64,000 nt of DNA from Candidatus Parcubacteria bacterium. Its GTDB lineage: Bacteria; Patescibacteriota; Minisyncoccia; UBA6257; 2-01-FULL-56-20. The notes under the pieces were generated by a model, which searched no databases, was not told the DNA's origin, and saw nothing but the letters and a program-made list of their open reading frames with translations. Where the stretch lies: the NCBI GenBank assembly GCA_027450205.1, contig DAIDJL010000004.1, positions 139,932 through 203,931 of the forward strand. Direction: 5' to 3'. Numbering within the stretch: the stretch's first letter is position 1; each line of letters opens with the position of its first letter. This document shows, piece by piece, positions 46,955 to 56,825 of this stretch. Made by a program: the position numbers and the translations under genes.

Positions 46955-47248
46955 TTAAAATGGGTTTTTATAAGCGCCCTGGAATGGATCAAGACTGCTG
47001 CCGACGGTTCCCGTGGCGCTTGTACTTGTACTTGCATTTGTGCTTGCACCCGCGCCCGTACCGGATGCGTTGCTTGCGGCTGTCGTTGTGGCAATGTTCA
47101 TTGACGAAGTGGCCGTGGCGACGGCGGGATTTGCCGGTACCATCGGAGGGGTCGGCGCGGATGAATGCGGTAGCAGGAAATACCATACCGCAAAACCCAA
47201 CACTGCAATAACGACCGCCACCACGAGGATGATGAGATATTTTTTCAT
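46955..47248 (-). CDS. Hypothetical small membrane-anchored Ala/Thr/Ser-rich protein
   Basis: ORF with N-terminal TM. Confidence 0.35.
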   Translation of the reverse strand: MKKYLIILVVAVVIAVLGFAVWYFLLPHSSAPTPPMVPANPAVATATSSMNIATTTAASNASGTGAGASTNASTSTSATGTVGSSLDPFQGAYKNPF

Positions 47249-47313
47249 ATTTTTATTATAACATTTGACAGCGTTGCATATTTAATGCTTGTATCCCCGA
47301 GGAGGATGCCATT

Positions 47314-47586
47314 ATGGTGAACATTGAAATCCACGGTTTTTCGGCGCAGGAGACTGAAACGAAATATTCGCAAATAGAGCGGATGCTTCGCGATTTACCG
47401 CTCGCGGGCGGCGTAACGATCAGCAAGTACGGCGATGTTGTCCTGGACCTTAAGGGATACCACCAACCATACATTCGCCTTGCCTTCACTGACGGACCGG
47501 ATATACGACAGGTGATCGACCTGCTCAAACCGTTCAAGCTTAACGTGCAGCTTCTTCGTCTGTATGCGACCATCGATCATGGTTGA
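47314..47586 (+). CDS. Hypothetical 90-aa protein
   Basis: Perfect TTGACA upstream plus GAGGAGG RBS. Confidence 0.4.
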   Translation: MVNIEIHGFSAQETETKYSQIERMLRDLPLAGGVTISKYGDVVLDLKGYHQPYIRLAFTDGPDIRQVIDLLKPFKLNVQLLRLYATIDHG

Positions 47587-47688
47587 ATGCACCCCAACCC
47601 GCTCAATGGAAACCCATTGCCAGCGGGTTTCCTATTTTATGGTCAGGATTATGAAGGTATGCAATACCACGATCGCCGATGTATAATG

Positions 47689-48222
47689 CATGCGATGATC
47701 CTCCTCTTTACCGGCAATGGAAAAGGAAAAACGACCGCTTCCCTCGGGCAAATGATCCGGGTGCTGGGGCGGGACAAGACTGCGCTCATGATCCAGTTCA
47801 TCAAAGGGCCGTGGATATCCGGCGAAGACGAGTTCGCATCCGCATATGGCATCGCAAAAGACCGGTTTGAGATCCGAAAGATGGGATTGGGATTCGTCGG
47901 CATCCTCGGCGACCCTCTGCCGATCGAAAAACATAAAGAAGCGGCGCGGGACGCCCTCACAACCTTCATAGAGGAGAAGAATTCCGGAAAGTGGCACCTG
48001 ATAGTGCTCGATGAGATCAGTGTCGCGCTTTCGCTGGGACTGCTTGCACTGGACGAAGTCGTCAATGCCGTCAAAGATTATCCTGATAGCCGCATCCTTG
48101 TCCTGACCGGCCGCGGCGCGCCGCAGGAATTGATCGATGTCGCGGACCTTGCAACCGAGATGCGCGAGATAAAACATCCATTCAACGAAGGCAAGCCCGG
48201 GCAGGTCATGGTCGAGTTCTAG
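47689..48222 (+). CDS. ATP:cob(I)alamin adenosyltransferase (CobA/CobO/BtuR family)
   Basis: LLFTGNGKGKTTASLG P-loop and family-wide similarity; start placed at an internal Met. Confidence 0.65.
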   Translation, partial: HAMILLFTGNGKGKTTASLGQMIRVLGRDKTALMIQFIKGPWISGEDEFASAYGIAKDRFEIRKMGLGFVGILGDPLPIEKHKEAARDALTTFIEEKNSGKWHLIVLDEISVALSLGLLALDEVVNAVKDYPDSRILVLTGRGAPQELIDVADLATEMREIKHPFNEGKPGQVMVEF

Positions 48223-48255
48223 CGGTGCCGTGGATATGGTATCCTAGCAGTATTC

Positions 48256-49431
48256 ATGCGTAATTTCTTTAAAAAGTGGGCGGCATTTTTAATTCTTGTC
48301 GCTGCGGGAATCGTTTGCATGCTTTTTTATATCGCCACGCACGCGAATGTCCTTTCAAAGAAGTATGCCATCTTTGGAGATGGTGGCGGCGTTGCGAGCG
48401 GAACAAACGACCCATCGTCCGGTAGCGGCGTTGCGGGAACAAGCACCTCCCTTTCCGCGCTTACGCCGATCGATATCGCCGCATATAACGCGAAACTGTT
48501 ACAGCTCGCGAACATGCCACCCCGCACCATAACCGTCATCGTCACCTCTACCATCCCCGGCACCACTACGATCCAGCGGATAAGGGTTATCAAGGTTGTT
48601 TCCTCCACAAGCTTATGGCCGGTCAAAACGGTCTATCCGAACGCCGGGGCGCTTCTGCCCTTCAATCGCATCGTGGCGTACTACGGCAATTTTTATTCCA
48701 CCCAGATGGGCGTACTCGGGGAATATCCGACCGCCCAGATGATGGCGATGCTCGCTTCAACGACCGCGGAGTGGCGCGCGGCAGATCCATCCACGCCGGT
48801 GATCCCCGCGCTTGATTATATTGTGGTCACCGCGCAGGGCAGTCCGGGTGCCGATGGAAAATATCGCCTGCGCATGCCCGACAGCCAGATCGATAAAGCG
48901 CTTGCGCTCATGGCACCGGTGAACGGATTGGTGTTTTTGGATTTTCAGGTAGGCTGGAGCAACGTGCGGACGGAAGTTCCGCTTTACGCATCATATCTCA
49001 AGCTTCCCAACGTGGAACTTTCGCTCGATCCGGAATTTGATATGCCAAATGGCGCCCGCCCGGATACCGTGATCGGGACGATGGACGCAAGCGATATCAA
49101 TTGGGCAGCGAATTTTTTGGCGAACATCGTGGACCAGAACGGTCTCCCGCCGAAAATTCTGGTGGTGCACCGGTTTACCGAAAGCATGGTCACCAATTAT
49201 CGGCAGATCACGCCGCTTCCCCAGGTGGAAATCGTGATGGACATGGACGGATGGGGTTCGCAGGCAAAAAAGATAAATACGTACGAGCGGGTCATTGCGG
49301 CGGATCCCGTGCAGTTCACCGGATTCAAGCTGTTCTACAAGAACGATCTTTTGCCGCCGAGCACCGGAATGCTTACGCCGACTCAGGTGCTCAAGCTCAG
49401 CCCGCAACCAAGCTATATTCAGTATCAATAA
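48256..49431 (+). CDS. Hypothetical membrane-anchored extracellular protein
   Basis: N-terminal TM, Ser/Gly-rich linker, about 280-aa globular domain of unknown function. Confidence 0.4.
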   Translation: MRNFFKKWAAFLILVAAGIVCMLFYIATHANVLSKKYAIFGDGGGVASGTNDPSSGSGVAGTSTSLSALTPIDIAAYNAKLLQLANMPPRTITVIVTSTIPGTTTIQRIRVIKVVSSTSLWPVKTVYPNAGALLPFNRIVAYYGNFYSTQMGVLGEYPTAQMMAMLASTTAEWRAADPSTPVIPALDYIVVTAQGSPGADGKYRLRMPDSQIDKALALMAPVNGLVFLDFQVGWSNVRTEVPLYASYLKLPNVELSLDPEFDMPNGARPDTVIGTMDASDINWAANFLANIVDQNGLPPKILVVHRFTESMVTNYRQITPLPQVEIVMDMDGWGSQAKKINTYERVIAADPVQFTGFKLFYKNDLLPPSTGMLTPTQVLKLSPQPSYIQYQ

Positions 49432-49432
49432 T

Positions 49433-50206
49433 TCACGCGATCTTCTCCATCAGTGTTTCATAATCCTTTGTTGTGATATGCCAATCCCCCGGCCTCAGCG
49501 GGTTATCAAGATCGATCAGTACGAGGAAAATGGAATATGCGAGGCTGGCGATGCTCGCGGTAAAGAGGAATGCGAGATAGATATCATTGATGGCAATGAA
49601 CATAGAGAGAGCGATCAGCAGAAACGCGGCAAAGCGCAATGTGTTCCGCAACAGCGGCGGAATATGTTCGGCGCTGTGCTGCAGCCGTGCCGAACGATGG
49701 TTGAGCACGACGGACAACAGCGCGAATGATGTCGGCATAAGCTGCGGTGCCTCGTCAAAAATTTTGTAAATACTGTTATTGAGGTCGGCGATGACATCTT
49801 CCACCTCCTTGCTCTTCTCCCCCTTTTCGCTATACTGCCAGCCTTCTTTTATAATGAGCGCGAGATAGCGTTTGATATTGGTATGGATCTCGTTCTTTAT
49901 TGTTTTCGGAAAATTGCTTGACCAGAGATACAGCTTTTCAAGCCCGTCCACCTCGCCGCGCACCGCATCGGTGAGCGAGTTCCATTCATCCCATTCTTTT
50001 TGAATGGCAAAACCGGCAAGCACGCCGAAAATGGTACCGACAACGGCGTAGAGCCATGGAATGCCGTCGCTGTTTGAAAGCAATAGACGCGTGTCATATA
50101 AGCTGCTCGTGCGAATAAAATAAAATATCGTCCAAAAAATCGCCAGAAACGGAATAAGTTTTTTAATGAGTGCCATATGGAGTAATATTATCACGTATAC
50201 CGTCAA
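49433..50206 (-). CDS. Hypothetical membrane protein (2 N-terminal and 2 C-terminal TMs flanking a cytoplasmic domain)
   Basis: Topology inferred from hydrophobicity. Confidence 0.4.
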   Translation of the reverse strand: MTVYVIILLHMALIKKLIPFLAIFWTIFYFIRTSSLYDTRLLLSNSDGIPWLYAVVGTIFGVLAGFAIQKEWDEWNSLTDAVRGEVDGLEKLYLWSSNFPKTIKNEIHTNIKRYLALIIKEGWQYSEKGEKSKEVEDVIADLNNSIYKIFDEAPQLMPTSFALLSVVLNHRSARLQHSAEHIPPLLRNTLRFAAFLLIALSMFIAINDIYLAFLFTASIASLAYSIFLVLIDLDNPLRPGDWHITTKDYETLMEKIA

Positions 50207-50211
50207 TCATC

Positions 50212-50715
50212 ATGTACATCCCGCGAAGACAATGGAGCCGCCGGCCGCCGCCGAACAATGAACCGGTCTACCTGACGCCGGAAGGGATCGAACGCCTCCG
50301 GACGCGGCTTGCGCGGCTAAAGGCTTCGCTTCCCGCGGCGATCGAGGAAACGGCGCGGACCTCCGCCTATGGCGATCGTTCCGACAACGCGGAATACAAA
50401 GAGGCAAAAGGGATCTTGCGCCGGACGAAGGGGCAGATTTTGAATATCGAGGATCAGCTGAAGCGTGTGGTGGAGATTTCCACCGGCCCGGACGACGCGG
50501 GCCGCGTGCGGCTTGGCTCGACGGTCAAGCTTTCTATTGAAAGTAAAATAAAAACATTCCGCATTGTCGGATCGTCGGAAACAGACCCTTCCCGTGGACG
50601 CATCTCGCATACTTCGCCTCTTGGCGCGGCATTGATCGGGCACATTGTCGGAGATACCGTAACCGCCCAGACGCCGGCCGGGGCTCAGAAATATATCATA
50701 GTTGATATACGATAA
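50212..50715 (+). CDS. greA: Transcription elongation factor GreA
   Basis: Coiled-coil N-terminal domain plus FKBP-like C-terminal domain (…SPLGAALIGHIVGDTV…). Confidence 0.85.
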   Translation: MYIPRRQWSRRPPPNNEPVYLTPEGIERLRTRLARLKASLPAAIEETARTSAYGDRSDNAEYKEAKGILRRTKGQILNIEDQLKRVVEISTGPDDAGRVRLGSTVKLSIESKIKTFRIVGSSETDPSRGRISHTSPLGAALIGHIVGDTVTAQTPAGAQKYIIVDIR

Positions 50716-50778
50716 AAAAAGCCGCGCAATCATCAGTAGAATGGATTATGCGGCGATATTGGTGAAACAAGCGGAGTG

Positions 50779-51108
50779 TCATCCGATAAGTTTTAGCACC
50801 CCGATGCGTTCCAAAATTTCATACAGCGTTATATCCATTTCGGCTTCCGAAGAGGATTGTTCCCTCATCTGGATATACAAGCGGCAATCGGGGCATTTGA
50901 GCAGATGGTTGATGCCTTCAACATCTTGATTGTTTTCAAGCCTGCTCATAACGGCATTAAGGGAATCATGCCGTTGATCATAGAATGGTTTACAGGCGAG
51001 TGATGGAGGAGGTCCATCGTGGTGACGAGATTTTGTGATTACAACAAACGATGTTTCTCTGTACATCAGTTCCTCCCAAGGGCCGCCTATCACTCTATCC
51101 CCGCTCAC
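50779..51108 (-). CDS. Hypothetical protein
   Basis: ORF only, with one CxxC. Confidence 0.3.
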   Translation of the reverse strand: MSGDRVIGGPWEELMYRETSFVVITKSRHHDGPPPSLACKPFYDQRHDSLNAVMSRLENNQDVEGINHLLKCPDCRLYIQMREQSSSEAEMDITLYEILERIGVLKLIG

Positions 51109-51303
51109 TTTTTATGTCAACAAAATAATATGGACGGCGCTGGTACGCCGTCCGCTGTTCTTTAATCGCCGACGACTCGGACGCCGACACACCGCTTCAT
51201 AAAAAGAATTGAACACTTCGCCACACTCCCAATCGCTGCCAAATTCCACCATCTGCGCCTCCCCACCCCATGATCAGTATTCTCATAAAATCTTAGATTA
51301 CAT

Positions 51304-51332
51304 TTGGAAATATCTCAACCTTGCGGTACAAT
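51304..51332 (+). promoter_or_regulatory. Promoter TTGGAA-17-TACAAT about 9 nt upstream of the tig ATG; no SD
   Basis: Read directly from the sequence. Confidence 0.45.
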
Positions 51333-51341
51333 CAAGCGGCT

Positions 51342-52475
51342 ATGGAAAAATCATACACAAAACTTAAAAAATTGAGCGAAAAGAACGGCGATATCGAATT
51401 TCAGGCGGAGGTGCCGGTGGAATTACTGGAGGAATATTCGCTGGCGGCGTTGGCAGAACTGGCGCAGGATTTCGCCCTCCCCGGGTTCCGCAAGGGAAAA
51501 GTGCCGCATGAAAAAGTGCGCGAACACATCGGCGAAATGGAGCTTTTGGAGGATGCTGCGAATGAAGCGTTGCGTGATGCGATGCAGCAGATCGCCGAGG
51601 ACGAAAAACTCAATATCGTCGGCCGGCCGCAGGCGATCATCACCAAGATCGCACCGAAAAATCCGCTGGAGTTCCGGATCCGTTACGCGCTTCTCCCCGA
51701 TGTTTCACTTCCTGATTATAAAAAGATCGGTAAGACCATTTTTGAGCGCAAGGACCCGACCGATGTAACCGAAAAAGAAGTGGATGAGGCCGTGGAGCGC
51801 ATCCAAAAAATGATCGCGCCGATGCTCGCGGGTGCAACGCCCGGCGCGGCAGAAGCACCGACAACGCCGGGCGAGGCGCCCGCGAAAGACGCGCCCATTC
51901 CCCCGCTTACCGACGAAACGGTCAAGCAGTTCGGCAACTTCAACACCGTTGCGGATTTTCGCGCCGAATTAAAACGCCAGCTTGAGCAGGAAAAAGTACT
52001 GCACGCGAAGGATGGCCGGCGCGAGGAAATGATCAAAGAGATCGTTAAGCATGCCAAAATAAAAGTTCCGCAGCTGCTTATTGAACAGGAACTCTACGAA
52101 TTCCTGGCCGACCGCGACGAACAGCTGAAGACCGCCGGGCTTTCACTCGAAGAATATCTGAAACAGATCGGAAAAACCTCTGAGCAGCTCGAAAAGGACG
52201 AGCGGGCGCTCATAGAGGACGATCTGCGGATGAGCCTTGTTGTCCAGGAGATCCGTAAGGCGGAAAATATCACGGCGGACGACCGTGACATCCATAGCTT
52301 GATGGCGCAGTTAAAGATCCGTTATCCCGAACGAAAAGAGCAGGAACTTCACCGCACTGCCGAGGCGATGATCATTCAAAACAAACTTTTTGCCGTTTTG
52401 GAAGGCACGCCCGCGCCGGAGCTGAAAGAGATATCAAGCGGCGATGTAGTAGTAAACGACGAAGTGATAAAATAA
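51342..52475 (+). CDS. tig: Trigger factor
   Basis: GFRKGKVP ribosome-binding signature; PPIase-like middle; start placed at MEKSY. Confidence 0.85.
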   Translation: MEKSYTKLKKLSEKNGDIEFQAEVPVELLEEYSLAALAELAQDFALPGFRKGKVPHEKVREHIGEMELLEDAANEALRDAMQQIAEDEKLNIVGRPQAIITKIAPKNPLEFRIRYALLPDVSLPDYKKIGKTIFERKDPTDVTEKEVDEAVERIQKMIAPMLAGATPGAAEAPTTPGEAPAKDAPIPPLTDETVKQFGNFNTVADFRAELKRQLEQEKVLHAKDGRREEMIKEIVKHAKIKVPQLLIEQELYEFLADRDEQLKTAGLSLEEYLKQIGKTSEQLEKDERALIEDDLRMSLVVQEIRKAENITADDRDIHSLMAQLKIRYPERKEQELHRTAEAMIIQNKLFAVLEGTPAPELKEISSGDVVVNDEVIK

Positions 52476-52488
52476 CAACCTGACAACC

Positions 52489-53199
52489 ATGGAAATCAAA
52501 GATAAGGTCATTATTGTGACCGGGGCGTCCGACGGGATCGGCGAAGCGATCGCAAAGAAGCTGGCGCGCGCGGGAGCAAAAGTGGTGCTCGCGGCACGTT
52601 CCGATGAAAAACTTGCCGCGCTCGCGCACGAGCTCCCCGGTTCCGTTGCGGTGCACGCCGACATGACCCAGCAGGCGGATATCCAAAACCTCATCGACCG
52701 CACAATGGAGGTTGACGGGCGTATTGATATTTTGATCAACAACGCCGGCCAGGGCATGTATGGTCCGATGGAATCGATCGATATCGATAAGTACAAGCAC
52801 ATCATGAACTTGAACGTGTACGGACCGCTTTATGCGATGCAGCTTGTGATCCCAAAAATGCGGGAGCAGGGCGGCGGAATGATCCTTAACATCAGTTCAC
52901 GCGTTTCAAAGAATTATTACCCCAATCTTTCGGCGTACGCCTCCACGAAATACGCTTTGAATGCCCTCTCGTTGACCGCGCGTGACGAGCTTAAAAAAGA
53001 CAATATCATTGTGAGCGTTTTCCACCCAAAGATGACGGCGACAAGTTTCGGTAAAAATGCGGTCAACGCCGATCCGGCGACGCGCGAGACATATGCCGAA
53101 CGGGCGCGTGCGGCAGGCATGGAGGTGGATACCGCCGAGCAAGTGGCGGATAAGGTGCTGGAACAGATCGGATCCGAGGAACCCGAGGCTTCAATGTAA
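52489..53199 (+). CDS. SDR-family oxidoreductase
   Basis: TGASDGIG; NNAG; S...YxxxK (YASTK). Confidence 0.8.
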   Translation: MEIKDKVIIVTGASDGIGEAIAKKLARAGAKVVLAARSDEKLAALAHELPGSVAVHADMTQQADIQNLIDRTMEVDGRIDILINNAGQGMYGPMESIDIDKYKHIMNLNVYGPLYAMQLVIPKMREQGGGMILNISSRVSKNYYPNLSAYASTKYALNALSLTARDELKKDNIIVSVFHPKMTATSFGKNAVNADPATRETYAERARAAGMEVDTAEQVADKVLEQIGSEEPEASM

Positions 53200-53265
53200 C
53201 GCCAAAAACCCCGTTCATACGCCGGGGTTCTTTTTAATCTCGTTATAGGGTACGATTGATTTGCA

Positions 53266-54228
53266 ATGCTTATTGATGATGTAAACGTCCGGATCTCGGC
53301 GGGACACGGCGGCAAAGGTGCCGTGGCTTTTAATAAAAATTTAATGAGTCTGGGGCCGGCGGGGGGGAGCGGCGGCAAGGGCGGGAGTGTCTATGCCGAG
53401 GGTGTGTCCGACCTTTCTGCCCTTGGCCAATTCCGTTTCAAGAAAGAATTCCCCGCCGAGGACGGCATGGATGGCCGCGGTCAGTTTCGTGACGGCCACG
53501 ATGGCAAAGACCTTGTTTTAAAAGTTCCCGTCGGTACGATCGCGCATAATTTGACGACCGGCGTTGATGCGGAAATTGACCGCGTCGGTGAACGCATCCT
53601 GCTTGCCAAAGGGGGTAATGGCGGCAAAGGCAACTTTCTTTTCCGTTCGTCGCGCAATACGACGCCGAAGCAATCCCAGCCCGGACTCCCCGGCGAATCG
53701 TTCGAATTCCGCCTCGAGCTTAAATTCATTGCCGATGTTGGATTCGTCGGCTTGCCGAATGTCGGTAAATCAAGTTTATTGAACGAGCTCACGAACGCGA
53801 AAAGTAAGGTGGCGAACTATGCCTTTACCACGCTTGAACCGAATCTCGGCACCTATTATGAGCTGATTTTGGCCGACATTCCAGGACTCATAGAAGGTTC
53901 CTCACAGGGCAAAGGCCTTGGCACGCGATTCCTGCGCCATATCGAGCGCACGCGGACACTCTTCCATTTTATTTCCGCCGAATCCCCCACTCCGGTGGCC
54001 GACTATAAAACGATCCGCGCAGAACTTGGCGCATATAGCAAAGCGCTGCTCAAAAAACCCGAGCATTTATTTTTGAGCAAGGCGGATGTGGTGAATGAAA
54101 AACAATTGAAGACTGCTTTGACGAAACTAAAAAAAATAGACCCGAAGGTCATCGCGATCTCTATTATTGACGACGAGAGCATCAAGAAAGTGCGAATGCT
54201 TTTGAATACGATCAAAGCAAAGAAATAG
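53266..54228 (+). CDS. obg: GTPase Obg/CgtA
   Basis: Gly-rich Obg fold N-terminus; G1 GLPNVGKSS; G3 DIPG. Confidence 0.85.
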   Translation: MLIDDVNVRISAGHGGKGAVAFNKNLMSLGPAGGSGGKGGSVYAEGVSDLSALGQFRFKKEFPAEDGMDGRGQFRDGHDGKDLVLKVPVGTIAHNLTTGVDAEIDRVGERILLAKGGNGGKGNFLFRSSRNTTPKQSQPGLPGESFEFRLELKFIADVGFVGLPNVGKSSLLNELTNAKSKVANYAFTTLEPNLGTYYELILADIPGLIEGSSQGKGLGTRFLRHIERTRTLFHFISAESPTPVADYKTIRAELGAYSKALLKKPEHLFLSKADVVNEKQLKTALTKLKKIDPKVIAISIIDDESIKKVRMLLNTIKAKK

Positions 54229-54268
54229 TGGCGGCAAACTTGTGGAGCAAAGTGATCGCTTTTAACGC

Positions 54269-54309
54269 AAAACGCCTGCGATAGAAATCATCGCAGGCGT
54301 TTTCTTTTC
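54269..54309 (+). terminator. Rho-independent terminator after obg
   Basis: AACGCCTGCGAT-agaaatc-ATCGCAGGCGTTTTCTTTT. Confidence 0.75.
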
Positions 54310-54336
54310 ATTAAAAATGTGTTAATATATCAACAA

Positions 54337-54353
54337 ACGCGCGGTCCGCGCGT
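54337..54353. promoter_or_regulatory. Perfect 8-1-8 GC palindrome ACGCGCGG-t-CCGCGCGT in the AT-rich leader of the ABC-F gene
   Basis: Read directly from the sequence. Confidence 0.3.
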
Positions 54354-54392
54354 TCTTATTATGTATCAAACGTAATAGGTAATCATTGCGTC

Positions 54393-55847
54393 ATGGCAAA
54401 CAACGAAGTAATCCTCAGGTTTAACGATGTGTCGTTCGAATACGGCAAGAAGCCCATTCTTAATGAGGCCACGTTTTCGGTGCGCCGCGGTGCAAAGATC
54501 ACGCTCATGGGCCAAAATGGCGCGGGTAAAAGCACGATGTTTCGGCTTATTATGGGCGAACTGCCTGCCGAGGAAGGCAATGTGATCTTGGAAGAAGGGC
54601 TTACAAAAGCAGTCTCCAAGCAGGTTATCCCCCGCGACCAACTCGACTCAACCGTGCTCGAATTCTTTACAAGCGCCTTTCCGGGTAAAAAAGTATACGA
54701 TATCGAACCGCGTATCAAGAAAGCGCTTGATGTGGTGAACCTCGTGGCTCCGCTTGATCGGATCGTAAAAAGCTTTTCCGGCGGCCAGCAGGCACGGCTA
54801 CTTCTTGCGCACGCGATCATCCAGGATCCGGACATGCTCCTGCTCGACGAGCCGACGAATAATCTCGACAAGGCCGGCATTGAACATCTCACGAAGTTTT
54901 TGATCGATTCAAAGAAAACATGCATCGTTATTTCCCACGACGCGGATTTTTTGAACTCATTCACGCAAGGCGTGCTCTATTTGGATATTTTTACGAAAAA
55001 AGTCGAGCAATATACCGGAAACTATTTTGACGTCCTGAAAGCGATCACGGAACGGCTTGAGCGGGAACGCATGAAGAACGTTCGGCTCCAGCGTGATATC
55101 ATGCACCGCAAGGAACAGGTAAACTTCTTTGCGCAAAAAGGCGGTCATATGCGCGATGTCGCCCGGAAGATGAACGAAAAGATCGCGGAGCTCGAAGAAG
55201 AAGTGGTTGACGTCCGTCAAGACGACAAGACCATCCGCGGCTTTGCTATCCCCTGCCAGGAAGACATCAGCGGCCGAATTCTAGAACTCAGCTCGGTCAA
55301 TGTGATCAAGAACCACAAACCGACGGCGAAGAAGGTAAATGTGACCTTAAAGAGGGGCGAACGCCTGCATTTGATCGGCCCGAACGGCATCGGCAAGACG
55401 ACGCTTCTTGAGGCACTTGCAACCGGCCACGCCAAGGGCGAGGTGGTAGAGAAAGGCATCCGCATCGGCTATTATCGCCAGGATTTCTCCACGCTCGATT
55501 TCGACGCCACCGTCTGGGATACGCTCGCCCGCGCCATGCGCGAAGGCGATCAGGATAAATTGCGCTCCACCGCGGCGGGATTTTTGATCGACGCAGATCT
55601 GCTTCGCGCAAAAGTAGGCGCGCTCTCAGAGGGACAGAAAGGACTTGTTGCATTCGCCAAGCTGTCGCTTGAAGCACCCGGCCTGCTCATCCTGGACGAA
55701 CCGACGAATCATATCAACTTCCGCCATATTCCGGTGATCGCAAAAGCGCTTGATCGCTACGAGGGTGCGATGATCCTCGTCAGCCACGTTCCGGACTTTG
55801 TGAAGCAGATAAAGATAGACTATACGCTGGATCTGGCGGCGCTTTAG
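54393..55847 (+). CDS. ABC-F family translation-associated ATPase (two NBDs, no TMD)
   Basis: Two Walker A motifs (GQNGAGKST, GPNGIGKTT) and two signature motifs. Confidence 0.85.
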   Translation: MANNEVILRFNDVSFEYGKKPILNEATFSVRRGAKITLMGQNGAGKSTMFRLIMGELPAEEGNVILEEGLTKAVSKQVIPRDQLDSTVLEFFTSAFPGKKVYDIEPRIKKALDVVNLVAPLDRIVKSFSGGQQARLLLAHAIIQDPDMLLLDEPTNNLDKAGIEHLTKFLIDSKKTCIVISHDADFLNSFTQGVLYLDIFTKKVEQYTGNYFDVLKAITERLERERMKNVRLQRDIMHRKEQVNFFAQKGGHMRDVARKMNEKIAELEEEVVDVRQDDKTIRGFAIPCQEDISGRILELSSVNVIKNHKPTAKKVNVTLKRGERLHLIGPNGIGKTTLLEALATGHAKGEVVEKGIRIGYYRQDFSTLDFDATVWDTLARAMREGDQDKLRSTAAGFLIDADLLRAKVGALSEGQKGLVAFAKLSLEAPGLLILDEPTNHINFRHIPVIAKALDRYEGAMILVSHVPDFVKQIKIDYTLDLAAL

Positions 55848-56230
55848 TCTTCCTTTTTCTCCAGCTCCAAGCAGACGGAATTGATGCAGTATCGCTTTCC
55901 GCCCTTGTCTTCGGGCCCGTCATCAAAGACGTGGCCGAGATGCGCGCCGCAGGTTTTGCAAACCACCTCCGTGCGCTTCATGCCAAAACTGCTATCGGTT
56001 TTCAGTTCAACCTTTTCCAGATTGACCGGTTCGGTAAAACTTGGCCAGCCGGACTTTGAATCGAACTTGGTTTCGGATGAAAATAATTCCGTGCCGCACA
56101 CGGCGCACTTATACATTCCTTTTGCGTGCTCATTCCAATATTTTCCCCTGAACGCGCCTTCCGTGCCGCCCTCACGCGCGATATGATAGAGCTCCGGATT
56201 CTCCGCCTTCAACTCTTCGTCGGTTTTCAT
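55844..56230 (-). CDS. msrB: Peptide methionine (R)-S-oxide reductase MsrB
   Basis: Two CxxC zinc motifs and the catalytic RYCINS. Confidence 0.9.
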   Translation of the reverse strand: MKTDEELKAENPELYHIAREGGTEGAFRGKYWNEHAKGMYKCAVCGTELFSSETKFDSKSGWPSFTEPVNLEKVELKTDSSFGMKRTEVVCKTCGAHLGHVFDDGPEDKGGKRYCINSVCLELEKKED

Positions 56231-56258
56231 GATATTTTAATAATACTATTATCGGTGA

Positions 56259-56825
56259 TTATTTTGATTTTTCTTTTAACAGATTCGCAAACTGTTTTTG
56301 CAATTTCTCCACCTTCGGCTCAATGATGATCCGGCAATATCCCGCGTCCGGATGATTTTTGAAATATTGTCGATGATAATCTTCCGCCTCATAGAACTCG
56401 CCGAGCGGAACCACTTCGGTGACGATCGGCCGGCCGCCTGGATCGGATGCCGTCAGCTCGGCGATAAATTTTTCCGCCTCTGTTTTTTGTTCCGGTGTCG
56501 AATAGAAGATCGCCGAGCGGTACTGCGTGCCGATATCATTCCCCTGCCGGTTCAGCGTAGTCGGGTCATGCGAGGCAAAGAATACGGTGAGCAGGTCGCG
56601 ATAGGTGATCTGCGCCGGATCGTATTCCACGCGCGTCGCTTCCGCGTGGCCGGTCTCGCCGGTGCAGACCGCATCGTATGTCGGATCCGGCACCGTGCCG
56701 CCGGTATAGCCCGGCACCACGGAAACCACCCCGCGCAGCTCCTGAAATACCGCTTCGGTACACCAGAAGCACCCACCGCCAAAGACCGCGACCTCGTTCT
56801 TATTTCCCATTTTTCTTTTATCCAA
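56259..56825 (-). CDS. msrA: Peptide methionine (S)-S-oxide reductase MsrA
   Basis: GGGCFWC active site; likely start at an internal MGNK. Confidence 0.9.
   Translation of the reverse strand: MDKRKMGNKNEVAVFGGGCFWCTEAVFQELRGVVSVVPGYTGGTVPDPTYDAVCTGETGHAEATRVEYDPAQITYRDLLTVFFASHDPTTLNRQGNDIGTQYRSAIFYSTPEQKTEAEKFIAELTASDPGGRPIVTEVVPLGEFYEAEDYHRQYFKNHPDAGYCRIIIEPKVEKLQKQFANLLKEKSK

Noticed and set aside
50716-50778. Imperfect hairpin GCCGCGCAAT…ATTATGCGGC after greA as a terminator
   Set aside because: The stem is interrupted and lacks a U-tract on either side, so it is not listed as a feature.
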